A stretch of DNA of 63,043 bases, the filler included, from Reclinomonas americana ATCC 50394 (Eukaryota), in NCBI GenBank assembly GCA_048213135.1. It is 6 parts of 2 records of this genome, joined end to end, with 100 filler letters (N's around TTAATTAATTAA, not from the genome) between each part and the next. Parts side by side here need not be neighbours in the genome. Positions count along the whole stretch, not along the records: positions 6,700 to 23,086 come from PS015128.1; positions 23,187 to 38,414 come from PS015128.1; 4 more parts are not named here. The stretch is one strand, 5' to 3'. Each line of letters starts with the position of its first letter. The first letter of the stretch is position 1. The notes below the pieces were generated by a model, which searched no databases, had not been told where the DNA came from, and was given only the letters and a program-made list of their open reading frames with translations. The position numbers and the translations under genes are program-made. Below, piece by piece: positions 13,544 to 26,352 of the stretch.

Positions 13544-15490
13544 CTGCAACAGGGAATGGAACAACGACAATACATCAGCAGGAAGAAGAAGGTATGAAAA
13601 GAAGAAGAAGAAGAAGAAGAAGAAGAAGAAGAAGAAGAAGAGCGAGGAGGAGGAGTGAGAAACGATGCACTCTCCATCATAATCATCATCATCACTTAGC
13701 ATCACATTGAGAGGAAAGCAGATGTGGAGCTCAACACAGTAACACAAGCACACGCAGAGAGGGAGGGAGGGAGGGAGGGAGTGCGCACAGCTGTGGCCAC
13801 ATGAATGGGCACAAAGAGTACAACGGCAACACACAAGTGCAACAGGCAAAAGCAGAAGGGAGAGNNNNNNNNNNNNNNNNNNNNNNNNNNNNNNNNNNNN
13901 NNNNNNNNNNNNNNNNNNNNNNNNNNNNNNNNNNNNNNNNNNNNNNNNNNNNNNNNNNNNNNNNNNNNNNNNNNNNNNNNNNNNNNNNNNNNNNNNNNNN
14001 NNNNNNNNNNNNNNNNNNNNNNNNNNNNNNNNNNNNNNNNNNNNNNNNNNNNNNNNNNNNNNNNNNNNNNNNNNNNNNNNNNNNNNNNNNNNNNNNNNNN
14101 NNNNNNNNNNNNNNNNNNNNNNNNNNNNNNNNNNNNNNNNNNNNNNNNNNNNNNNNNNNNNNNNNNNNNNNNNNNNNNNNNNNNNNNNNNNNNNNNCAAG
14201 ATCGGCTGAAAACCACAACCCTGATCGCCATCTAGACTGCATGCCAATCGCACCCGCTGAAATGGTGTCGAGTGGAGGTGCAGGAGTATCAACAGACCCA
14301 ACAAAGCAGCATTGCCCGCTGCTCAGTCCACATCGATCCACAGGAAACACAAGTCACTTGCACAATCTCGCGATGAGTCACACTCCTTCCCGCAGCTGCT
14401 GGTGGGCCATCATGCACCGCGGTGTACTGCGCTGCCGCTGTCATGAACACAGAAGAAGCAAGTGTCGCTGCTTTCGAATATAGCTGGCCTTAGTCAACAA
14501 CATAGCCATTCTCATGCAAATCACGACAGCAAATGCATGCCTCCGTGGCGGCTACACTTACAGCAACATTCATTCGCCCACCAAGTCAAATGATGGCCCT
14601 GGTTCCAATCTTCTTTCACTCAACTTGTTCTTCCTCCTGCGACAATAACAACATTCAGCTGCAAGGAGAGAAAACACACATGCAGAGTCCATCCCTCACA
14701 ACACAGGACAGCTGTTTAACGTACTGATGCACTGGGTTTCTGCTTCCTTCTTCTTCAACAAGCTTTATCGACCTCACAACACCATGCATGCGCTGCTTGT
14801 CCCGTGAATCCCTCTTCCCCTCTCTCGTCCGACCCGCTGCCGACTCATTCACACTCCCCCGCCACTCACCGANNNNNNNNNNNNNNNNNNNNNNNNNNNN
14901 NNNNNNNNNNNNNNNNNNNNNNNNNNNNNNNNNNNNNNNNNNNNNNNNNNNNNNNNNNNNNNNNNNNNNNNNNNNNNNNNNNNNNNNNNNNNNNNNNNNN
15001 NNNNNNNNNNNNNNNNNNNNNNNNNNNNNNNNNNNNNNNNNNNNNNNNNNNNNNNNNNNNNNNNNNNNNNNNNNNNNNNNNNNNNNNNNNNNNNNNNNNN
15101 NNNNNNNNNNNNNNNNNNNNNNNNNNNNNNNNNNNNNNNNNNNNNNNNNNNNNNNNNNNNNNNNNNNNNNNNNNNNNNNNNNNNNNNNNNNNNNNNNNNN
15201 NNNNNNNNNNNNNNNNNNNNNNNNNNNNNNNNNNNNNNNNNNNNNNNNNNNNNNNNNNNNNNNNNNNNNNNNNNNNNNNNNNNNNNNNNNNNNNNNNNNN
15301 NNNNNNNNNNNNNNNNNNNNNNNNNNNNNNNNNNNNNNNNNNNNNNNNNNNNNNNNNNNNNNNNNNNNNNNNNNNNNNNNNNNNNNNNNNNNNNNNNNNN
15401 NTGCAGGCATATATCATCGTCCATCGACAGCAGCGTCTTGCTCTTCACATCCAGCCCCTCCTCCTCCACCACCATCCTGAATTGCTTGCT

Positions 15491-18400
15491 CTACATGTAT
15501 TCCTCCTCCTCCTCCTCCTCCTCCTCCTCCTCCTCCCCCTCCTCTTTCTTCACCGCCTCCATCTTCACCTGCTTCTCGTCGCCCACCACTGCATTCATGC
15601 TCGTAAGTGCTGATGCTCGCACAACATCCAACAACAGCAGGTGCTCCCTGATCATTGAAGTTGGAGCTCTCACCAGCACGCTCGATCTCCGCCTTTGAAA
15701 GACAACCGTCTTGAAGCAGAGTGGCCAGTAGGCCAGGACAGCTGTGGAGCAGATACGTGGCTTGTGTGACAAAAATCAGAAGAGCATTTGGGCCTCCTTT
15801 CTGAATGTGCTCGGCACATTCCTACAATCCGACAAAAGCAAAGTCAGCATCGTCAAATCACAAAGGAACACACAGCCAGGGTCCACATGCCTCAGAGTAA
15901 CCGCGCTCGTTAATCACAATCAGTGGTCTCTCAACAGCATCCACAAGCGCAGCTCCTCGAAGTCCGCTCTTCTAATGACCCCGCATGCACGCAATGGCAG
16001 GCAGGTCAGTTGCCATGCACTGTGACACAGAAATGACAAACTCACACTCACCTCGATGAAGTTACTCACGCTCTCAAGAACGCCCTCAACTGATCTGGGC
16101 GTCTTGCGGCGTGCCGTGTCGGCACTGCTGGCAAGCCTCTTGCCAAATGCAGCCATGACTGCGGATGATGGACAGCCCGGTCCCTTCGATGGTATTCCGC
16201 AGTCATCACAGGCAAGTTGGAAGAGAGCGCGCTGATGATGGAGGACTGTGGATGGCATCACCACGGGTGCCATGAGGCCGAATGCCTTCACCAGAACCCT
16301 CTTCTTGTTACCGCCCTGCTCTCAGGTGTGACGGATGGGTGGGAGTGAGTGAGCAACAGCTTATGAAAGCAATGTCGGCGATACAGAGAACACGTAACAA
16401 GCAATCTTGCCAGCATCAATTGCTCGTTGATGCTCAACTTCGCAGGATCAATCTTGCGGCGCTGTCAAACACAGGCCACGCAGTATTGAGACGTACCTCA
16501 TGCATGACAAATAACGCAGCGTCGGGCGTACCTTCTTTTTCTTCGCGTCATCGTCCACATTGTCGCTGTCGTCATCATGTTCCTGCTCAACCTCCCTCTC
16601 CTCCTCTTTCTCCATCATCTCCATATCCCTCAGGGCTGTTCACTCATTTCTCAGCACACGTAAGCAACAAAGCCACGAGCACAAGCAGCCAAACCTCCTT
16701 CACTGCACCATTTGGCAGCACGTGCAATCTCCGCCTGCGAAAGGCAGCCGTCCCGAAGCAGAGTGGCTAGCAGGTCTGGACAGCCGTGGAGAGCCTGCAT
16801 GGTCTGGATAACGAATGGCGAAAGAACATTGGAAGCCCCTCGCTTCTGCGATTTTGCTGCCGATTCCTGCCATCCAAGCCACAGCAATGTGAGCCAGCTT
16901 TCAATGACGCACATCAGCAAACACAGTTTCACACGCACCTCTGAGTAACCACGGTCATCAAGCACAATCAGTGGCTTCTCGACGGCATCCACCAGCTCAG
17001 CTCCCCGAAGACCACTCTTCTGATGGTGACATCCAGTCAGGTACTACGCACATAACAATCGGAAGGACACTGAAACAACACACCGACACACTCACCTCTA
17101 TGAAGTTGCTCATGCTCTCGAGAACGCCCAAAACTGATTTGGGCGTCTTGCTGCGTGCTTTATTGGCACTTGTGGCAAGGCTCTTAACAAATGCAGCCAT
17201 GACTGCGGATGATGGACAGCCCGGTCCCTTCGACGGTATTCCGCATTCGTCACAAGCAAGTTGGAGGAGAACACGCTCATGATGGAGGACTGCGGATCTG
17301 AGCACGACGGGTGCCATCAAGCCAAATGCCTTCACCAGTATCCTCTTCTTGTTGCGACCCTACGCCAAGGCGCGGTGAGCAGATGGTAGTAACAGCATTG
17401 CCGGTGACGTGCAGAGATGATAGCAACACGCAACAAGTAATTTCGCCAGCATCAGATGCTCGTTGACGCTCAGCTTCCCAGGACCACTCTTGCGGCGCTG
17501 TGAAGCGCAATCCAATCAAAGTTAGGACACACACCTGCCTCGCATCTAACGGAAACGAGCGACGGGCGTACCTTGCCATCGTCCTCGTCCTTCTGCTCTT
17601 CCTCCCTCTTCTCCTCTTTCTTCACCATACTCACCTCCCTCAGTGCTGTTCCATCGTTGGTGAGCACATGCGCACACTATGCAGCTATGCAAGTCACACA
17701 ACCAAACCTCGTTCACTGCACCACTGGACAGCACGTGTGATCTCTTTCTTCGAAAAACAGCCGTCTCGAAGCAGAGTGGACATCAGGCCAGGGCAGTTGT
17801 GGAGAGCTTGCATTGCCTGCGTGACGAATGGCTGATGGAGTGTCTGCTTGTTGTGCTGCATCGTCGGCAACTTTGACGACTCCTGACACGCGAATTCCAG
17901 AACACGGAGCATGAGAATATGGCAGCCAATTTGAACAACGCACACTGAGTGCAGGGCAGCCGCACCTCAGAAATGCCACGTTCATCAACCACAACCAGGG
18001 GTCTCTCAATGGCATTCGCCAGAGCAGCGCCACGCAGTTCACTCTTCTGCATAATGCTACATACATTAGCGATGGTATTGATTCAGTCGAGTGAGATGGA
18101 CGCAGCTCACCTCGACAAAGTCGCTCATGGTCTGGAGCACTCCCTCAACTGACTTGGGCGTTGTGGTGCGTGCCTTGCTGACGGCATGGCCAAGGCTCTT
18201 GCCGAACGAGCTCACGACCGCCGACGACAGGCAGCCTGCTTTCGATGAAGGGATGCCACACTCCTGGCGTGTAAGCTCCACAAGAATTTGCTGGTGATGT
18301 GAGACTGTGCTCGGCATCACAATTGGTGCCATGATGCCGAATCCCATCACAAGTATCTTTCTCTTGTTGCAGCACTGCTTTCGCACGAAGCATACAGGTA

Positions 18401-21400
18401 GTGTAATGTATACAGTCAGCCAGACGATTCTTGAAGAATAACATGACTGCACACACACGTAACAAGCAGCCGTGCCAGCGTTAGTTGTTCGTCCTTGCTT
18501 ATTGTCGCAGAACCACTCCCTCGTCGCTGCGGATATACACCATGAGAACATGCCACGCTGTGCACTCGCCCCACAATCCATGTTCGTACCTTGCTGCTGT
18601 CACCCTCGTCGATGTCATTGTCTTCGTCTCCTTCCCCGTCCTCCTCCTCCTCCTCCTCCTCCTCCTCTTTCCTCTCTTCTTTCTTCAGCACCTTGGCCTC
18701 CAGCAGAGCTGCATGTCGTTCGTCAGCCCTGACCCGACGCACAGCAGGAGAACGCACCCGATGTCATCAAACCTCTCTCACTGCACCACTCGACGGCCCG
18801 TGCTATCTCCTCGTCGGAGAGACAGCCGTCTCGAATCAGCGACGCGTGCAAGCCAGGACACTCACGCAGGGCCTGAGCGGCTTGGACGATGAGCGGCAGG
18901 AGAAGGTCGCTGCCCTTCGGCTTCTTCTTCATCATCTTCCATGACTCCTGAAGCACGTTCGACATCGTGAAAGAAGCGAGTGAGTGGACACAAACCAGGA
19001 AATGTAGAAAGCACACACAGGATAGTTTGCACACCTCCGAATAGCCCCGTTCATCAACCACAATCAGTGGTCTCTCAATGGCATCCGCCAGAGCTGCGCC
19101 GCGCAGTTCACTCGTCTGCAAGAGTTACATGTATTAATGCTGGTTCACTTTGCAGTCACGTGTGAAAGGATAGCACAGATCGATGCTCACCTCGATGAAC
19201 TCGCTCATGCTCTGGAGTACTCCCTCCACTGACTTGGGCGTCGTGGCGCGTGTCATGTTGACGACACCACCAAGAGTCTTTCCGAATGAATCCGTGACTG
19301 CGGGCGACGGACTGCCAGCTCCCGATGAAGGAATACCGCACTCCTTGCAAGCGAGTTCAAAAAGTAGGCGTCGATGATGCAAGACTGTGTTTCGTTTCAG
19401 AATCGGTGCCATGATACCGAATGCCATCACCAGTAGCTTCTTCTTGTTGCACCGCTGTTTTTCGCACACATCCACGCACGCACTAGGTGTTATGACAGAC
19501 AAGCACATGGCAGAGTGCAACTAATCTGCCTTGCTGGGGTATTGCAGCACATAAACACGCAACAAGCAGTCTGTCCAGCACGATTCGTTTGTCCATGCTC
19601 AAATCCGCATTGAATGCATAGCGACCGCACTTGACGCGCTGCAAATACGCACCCCATGAAACATCAACTATCAACACAACTGCCTGCCAAGCCATTCACA
19701 CGCGGCGACAATGTCGTACCTTTCTCGAAATTGATTCTTCACCATCATCACTTCCTGCATCCTCCTGTGAACGCAACGCATCAGCGCGTGGCCGAGACCA
19801 CGAAGACACACCCAGTCTCTGCCATTCATGAACTGTTGCAGCGCACCTTGGTGTCATCTTCTTCATGCTTGATGTCATCGTCGTCTTTCTTCACCACCAT
19901 TTTCACATCGCCAGATTCTGCGTAATGCTGGTCAACACCGGTGCAAGCAACACCAACAGTCGCCCGAAGTTGCAGACCTTTCGACAGGCACCACGTGACG
20001 GCGCGTGCAATCTCGGCATCAGAGAGGTGGTTGTCTCGAATCAGAGCAGTCAGAAGACCACCACACTCGCGCATCGCATCGATGGCCTGCTTGACAAACG
20101 GCTGAAGATGGTCTTTCCTGGTCTTGGTTGCGTGATATAGTCTCTTCCAGGATTCCTGTCACAAACAACCAGTGCGCGAAGATCAGTCGACAAGATCACA
20201 ACCAACACAAGATCGAGTAACATAAGCACACCTCTGAATACCCGCGCTCATCAACCACTATCAGTGGTCTCTCAACAGCATCCACCAGAGCCGCGCCACT
20301 GAGCTGGCTTATCTGCATTGTGCAATCATGTGCATGTTGGTTCAATATGCCACGGTCGTCGCAACGCACACACTTGCTCACCTCGATATAGTTGCTCACG
20401 CTACGGAGCACACCCTCCACTGATTTGGGCATTGTGTGGCGTGAATCACTTGCAGTTTGACCAAGCTTCTTGCCGAATGCACACTTGACTGCAGAACACG
20501 TGCGACCCGGTGCCGATATTGAAATCCCGCAGTCGTCACAGGCAACGTCGAAGAGAACACTCTGATGGTGGACGATTGTGGACCCATGAACAACGGGTGC
20601 CATCAACCCGAATGCCTTCACCAGCACCCTCTTCCGATTGCATCGCTGTGAGTGATATAAGAAGAATCGTGAGTGCGACGAGGAGAAGGAGGAGGCTGAA
20701 GGGGTTACAATGATGTCAGAGAGAGTATGTACACGCAACAAGCAGCTTGTTCAACAACAGCTTCTCGTCTGCGCTCAATTCCTCTGGCATTTTCGCAGCT
20801 CGAGTCTTGCCTCGCTGTGAATCCACAACATACATCGTTGACCCGAATGAACGTCGACGAACAAGCACAACAATGTCAACACAGAATCAACCTTCTTCTT
20901 CTTCGTTGGCGGTGTAAGCTCGTCATCGCTGGATGCATCCAACTGCAGAGAATGAAAAACATCAGGTGTCGACTGCGAAGCACAAGAGAGAGGCAAAGAG
21001 TGACGCATGCCTCATCGGAGCTCACCTCAAGAGAACGCTTGCGGACCGATGTCTCAATTGAGTCACGTGCAGGCAAGTCCTCACTGTGATCTACCAGAGA
21101 CGAGTCGACTTGTCGCCTCCTCGCTCCTTGCTGTGCAATCATGCCAAGAGAGAGAGACAAGGTCAGTGAGAGACATGCTTATCTTGGGATGACACACAAT
21201 CAGTGTACCTCGACAATGCCTTCCATCGCTGTGCGTTCCATGTGTTCCTGGTGAGCAGCTGTGTGCATGCACCACCCAGGTGAGACACTACGTGACGCGA
21301 GAAAGGAGACAGAGAGAGACGCACCTTTCTCACTGCGATTCTCCGCGTCACTTCGGGCAGCGGCAACGGCGGCTGTGCTCTCGTCGGTGTGCTTCTTCTT

Positions 21401-22199
21401 CTTGTCCTTCAAGAGGCCAGCTGGTTCTGCAACAGGGAATTGAAACAACGAAGATCCATGAGAAGAAAGAAGAAGGAGGAGGAGCGGGAGAAGAAGGAGG
21501 AGGAGGAGGAGGAGAAAAGGATGAAGATGAATAAAGAGGAAAAGAAAGAAGAGGAAGAAGAAGAAGGAGATGCAGGAGGAGGAGATGAAGGAGGAGGAGG
21601 AGGAGGAGGAGGAGGAGGAGGGAGGGGAGGAGAGAAACGATGTACTCGCCATCATCATCATTTTCGCATTGAGGGGAAAGCACATGTGGAACTCAACACA
21701 GTTACACAAACACACACAGAGACAAGGAGAGGGAATACGAACTGCTGTGGCCATATGAAGGGCACAAAGAGTACAACGGCAACACACAAGTGCAACAGGC
21801 ACAAGCAGAAGGGAGAGAGATGAAACTCACACACACACACATACACACACACACACCTTTCTTGGCAGTGACACTGGTGGTGGTGACAGACGTGGAAGAA
21901 GAAGAGGACGAAGAAGAGGAGGAGACAGGCACTCGTCGCCTCGCCATCGCAGGCACACCACGATGAGCAGACGACCACAATGCGCTCATCTTCTTCTTCT
22001 CATCATCATCATTGATGTTGCTGGAGGGAGAGGAGGAATGCATTACCGTCATCGCCGTCGTCACATCCTGCTTGCTGTCGATGAGCATCGTGTCTGCTTT
22101 CTCGTCTTCGCACGGAGAAGAGGCAGACATTGACAGCGTAGGAGTTGTTGTTGTTGTGGAGTGAGGGCGTGGTGGAGGAGGAGGCCGACGAGAGGCCAT
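15491..22199 (-). CDS. Array gene copy D, complete: hypothetical nuclear protein of roughly 1,300-1,500 aa (estimate) with 5 tandem ~200-aa domains and acidic/Lys-rich linkers
   Basis: Phase-consistent exons 22199-21857, 21426-21325, 21258-21209, 21130-21026, 20942-20892 (LDASSDDELTPPTKKKK) and 20814-20740. Domains at ~19978-20814, ~18773-19638, ~17708-18526, ~16695-17497 and ~15674-16460. Last exon VVGDEKQVKMEAVKKEEG...EYM*. Confidence 0.82.
21460..21632. repeat. (GAA/GGA)n purine-rich microsatellite in intron 1 of the array gene (also 6505-6599 and ~13580-13655)
   Basis: Directly visible. Length differs between copies, and in copy B it abuts an assembly gap. Confidence 0.85.
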
Positions 22200-22445
22200 T
22201 CGTGTGTGTCTTGGTTGCTGTTCTACACACACGCGCGCGCCGCGTGATGCAAGAAACCAAGAGGTAAGTAAAGGGAGCGATGAAGATTCGTTGATCCGAA
22301 CAGCAAAGATGGAAGGTGACAAGTCGTGATGTGATGTGCAGCGAGGAATGTGGTGGGGAGAAGGGGAAAAGGGAGGAGAGAGTGGAGTATCAGAACTGGG
22401 CATCCCTGGGTGTATCCACGACTCGCCTTGTCACCATTTACCACA

Positions 22446-23409
22446 TCACGTCTCATACCTCGGAGCGCCCACCTGCCCCAACTCTCTCAACGGCTCACCC
22501 CTCGACGGTTCCCTCGACGAACCGCGCGATCGCTGCCCGCGCGTTGCCGACCCCGCCCTTCCTGTCGCCGTTCCAGCAGTGCCACCGGCCGCGGCCGTCG
22601 TTCCTGCCGGATACAAAAACGGCTTGTCCTCCTGCTTTGCCAGCAAATTGCGCTTCTCACGGGCGTTTTGCGCCTGTGCACGCTGCCGCTTGTCGGCCGC
22701 AATCGCATCCTCCCGCATCGTTGTCATCTGTCGCTGCTCGCCAACCGCCGTCTCGGCCGCCCGTCCTGCGCGGTGGTACAAGCAAGAGCGTGAGCATGCA
22801 AGTGGAAGCAAAAAGAAAATAGCCACAGCTGCAACGACGCAACTCTGCAGGCGATTGGTCTGCTCTTGCACACGCGCCGTCTGCTGTTGCTGCTGCCGTT
22901 GCCGCTCGCGCTGCATCTTGGCGTCGAGTGCCTCATGCGCCGCCATGGTCTGCCGTTCCACTTGCTCACGCTCCAGGCCGACTTCCTGGTTTCGCCAGTG
23001 TCTCTCCTCTGCAGGGCCGTTGATGAGCACAAGAAGTAACACGAGCTGCTATTCTCTTTTTCTAGTCAGTCCCCCCTCTACTTTCGNNNNNNNNNNNNNN
23101 NNNNNNNNNNNNNNNNNNNNNNNNNNNNNNTTAATTAATTAANNNNNNNNNNNNNNNNNNNNNNNNNNNNNNNNNNNNNNNNNNNNCAACCCACTGTTTC
23201 TGGAGTTCTTCTCCGTTTTCTCTCTCATAATCCTCGCTCAGGCAGTCGTCAGTCCTCTCGACTCTGGCCTCTAATTTCGCAACGCACAATTGTCTGGGAG
23301 TTCTTCTCCGGTTTCTCTCACTCTCTCTCTCACACACACACGCCATCTTTGCTCTGTCAGTCATCAGTCCCACTGGACTCTATAAGTCTTTCGGGACACG
23401 TCACTCATT

Positions 23410-23446
<37 letters not shown>

Positions 23447-25862
23447 CTATGCATGATTGACAATTGTGACTAGCCTCACACCTGTCGCTCTCGCCTCGTA
23501 CTCGTCTTCTTCTTCGTCTCTTCTCCCTCCCTTCTCCCCTGCCCCTTCTCCCCCCTCTCCTTCCCCCCGCCCCCCACCCACCTCTTGCCGCCGCATTCGC
23601 CCTGGAAAACTGCTGCTGCACCCGCTTGGCCTTCTCCTCCGCCTTGCGCTGCGACTCACGCTCATTCCTCTCCGCCCGCTTCTGCTGCAGCTTCTCCTGC
23701 AGCTGTAGAATGCGCTCATCGTCCCGCATCTTCTCCTCCGACATTTGCTTGGCGCGCACCGCATGCGACGACTCTCTCCTCTCCTGCGCGTCGCGCTTGG
23801 CCGCCTGGCGGAACTTTTGAATGTTCTCCAACTTGGCCTGCAACTCCGCCTCCCGCTCCTGTTTGTGCGCCACAATCTCCTGCCGCTTGGCCTCCTCCGC
23901 CAGCCGCTGTCGTTCCTTTTCAAACGCCAGCCGCTCGCGCAGTTCCGCCAGCGACATTTCGTTGAGCAGACCAATGCCCGACGACTCGGTGGGGTCGAAC
24001 ACGGGCAGGTTCGGGTTTGGCACGTTTTGCAGGGCGCGGATCTGGCGAATCAGGTCCTCCTTGCGCAGTCGCTCCTCCTCCATTCTGTGGAAGCGGGGGC
24101 GAAGGAAAAAGGATGAGCAAGTGTTGACTTTACCCCCCAAGAACTCGTCAGTGACACCACTCACCTCTGGGCGACCATCATCTCATTCTCGATGCGCTGC
24201 TTCTTCATGTCGGCCGCCTGTGCCCGCCGTTCGTCCTCCAGCTTTTTCCGGCTCTGCTCCAGCGCCTCCTTGGTGGAGCGCGCCTGCTCCTCCGCATCGA
24301 GTCTTCTCTGCAGCTCCGCCTCGGCATCCTGCTTGGCCTTCTCGTCGAGCAGCTCCGCGATTTTTCTCTTTTCACGATCGGCGATTTCGCGATTGTAGGC
24401 CTCGTTGCGCAACCGCGCCTCACGCGCCTCCTCCTCCGCCAACTGCATCTCCAGTTTGCGAGCCTGAATCTCAGATTCGCGTTGCATTTGATCTGCACGC
24501 CAGCTCTATGAGCGGAAGGGAAAGAGCGACAAAGCAAGGCAGTAAATGCAGCCACGCACCTCGTAGTCTCATGTCTTCCTGCCACTCGGAGAATTCGGAG
24601 GCGTCACGCAAATCCTGCTCGTATGCCTTCAGTGCCCGCGCTTCCTCATCTTGCTTCTTCTTGTACACGGCGTCTTCTCGCAAAATCGCCGCGGCATTCA
24701 GCTTGACCTGCGCCCCCGAGAATTTGGAGAGACGACCGCGCACTTTTTCCACATCCGGCACCTCACGCCGCTGCGGCGCCGTCTCCATCAACTTGGCCAG
24801 ACGTTCCCGCTCCACCTCCTCGCGCAGCTTGTCAAAGTTGCTCGGTCGTGTCGATGTGTGCAATTTGGGCGCCATGTCAGGCAGCACGCGTGGTGGTGCC
24901 TCGCCACCCTTGCGTGCCACGGTGGAGACCGGCTGCTCGACGTGATGAGAAAGAGGAATAAACAAAGGAGAAAGAGGTGGGGGTGTGCACACCTTGCGCG
25001 TCTCTCTAAACGCCTTCAGTGCCTCCTCCGTGTGTGCGGGGGCCTTGTAGGTCGATTTGGGAACGGGTTTGGACTGCGAGGCAAATAATTTGCTCAGCAC
25101 ACAACCGACCGGTTGAATACTAAGCGTCACTGTTTTCCCCTCCTCACCTCAAACGGCTCACTCAGCGGTTCCGGCTCTGGCACCGCTCGCGGCTTCGGTC
25201 TCGTCAAGTGGAATGGCTGCGGCACCGTGGTCTTGGTGGCCGTTGCTTCGGGCGTATCCGCCGGCGACGGCCGCCGTGAGCCACTGACCTCCTCAGTCAG
25301 CGCCAACAGGTACTGCTCCAGCTCCACACGCTGATTCTCCACCGGCTGCACCAGCGAGTCCTGAATCCACTGCGGATCGTACAACAGCTGCCATTGCGCG
25401 CGCAGTCGCTGGTCCACAATCTCGCGATCCAGCATGAATTTCAGAAATGGTTGCGCCTGCCCCCCAGTGTGAGAACCGACAGGGAGGGTGAGAATAGAGC
25501 AATTTGTTGTCGACATACCTTGAGGGAGGTTTGCGAGTTGCACAGCATGCGGAACGCCGGCATGCCGAGCTCGCTCAGGCGGAACAGCAGCAGGTAGGCC
25601 AGCACTTGGTACATCAGTCGATCGCCATTGGCCGCACCCGTCTGCACCTCGTAGTACTCTTTGACGGTGGACTGCGAGAAGGGCAATGAGGGAAGGGCAA
25701 GAGAGGGTGACGAGGAGGAATCGTGGAGACAAATGGACACATGGAACACAGGGAGCATATGCGAGAGAGAAGGGGGGGGTACAAACCTGCAGCAGCTTCT
25801 TGTATCGATAATGACCAGTGACCACTTGCTGGATGAACACGGCATCGTCCTCGTCGGTAATC
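22446..25862 (-). CDS. CFAP99: Cilia- and flagella-associated protein 99 (5' end in gap)
   Basis: Family motifs TVPQPFHLTRPKPR.VPEPE, KLNAAAILREDAVYKKKQ, LRDASEFSEWQ and DLIRQIRAL...FDPTESSGIGLLNEMSLAELRERL. The exon ending at 23582 splices in phase 1 to 23008 (E-ERHWRNQEVG) across the gap, which links the 22446-23008 exons to this gene. Confidence 0.85.
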
Positions 25863-26352
25863 TGCGAACAACATGATGAGGAAAAACAACAACAACGACA
25901 ACAAAGAGAGAAAGAGAGAGAGAGAGAGAGAGAAGAGAGAGGAGAGAGAGGCAGAGAGAAGAAGAGAGAGAGAGAGAGAGAGNNNNNNNNNNNNNNNNNN
26001 NNNNNNNNNNNNNNNNNNNNNNNNNNNNNNNNNNNNNNNNNNNNNNNNNNNNNNNNNNNNNNNNNNNNNNNNNNNNNNNNNNNNNNNNNNNNNNNNNNNN
26101 NNNNNNNNNNNNNNNNNNNNNNNNNNNNNNNNNNNNNNNNNNNNNNNNNNNNNNNNNNNNNNNNNNNNNNNNNNNNNNNNNNNNNNNNNNNNNNNNNNNN
26201 NNNNNNNNNNNNNNNNNNNNNNNNNNNNNNNNNNNNNNNNNNNNNNNNNNNNNNNNNNNNNNNNNNNNNNNNNNNNNNNNNNNNNNNNNNNNNNNNNNNN
26301 NNNNNNNNNNNNNNNNNNNNNNNNNNNNNNNNNNNNNNNNNNNNNNTTGCAG

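Larger units (their letters stand above)
1..22440 (-). repeat. Tandem array of at least 4 paralogous ~6-8 kb gene units (copy A partial 1-~590; B ~600-6599; C ~6700-13864; D ~14197-22440)
   Basis: Positions 1-~590 realign with 21865-~22420. Equivalent stop-codon exons (...EEEEYM*) end at 1528, 7541 and 15491. Spacer blocks at ~770-1370, 6700-7310 and 14197-14810 are homologous. The array continues beyond the window start. Confidence 0.95.

Noticed and set aside
1528-20814. Each ~1.1 kb repeat as a separate small gene
   Set aside because: Linker exons join consecutive repeats in frame; only one start exon and one stop exon occur per large unit.
21735-21750. Possible 2-nt microexon in intron 1 of the array gene
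   Set aside because: Exon 1 already joins exon 2 in phase 1, and no compensating exon was found.
1528-22199. Array read as CRISPR, satellite or transposon
   Set aside because: The units are spliced coding exons. I saw no short repeat-spacer pattern, terminal repeats or transposase/RT motifs.
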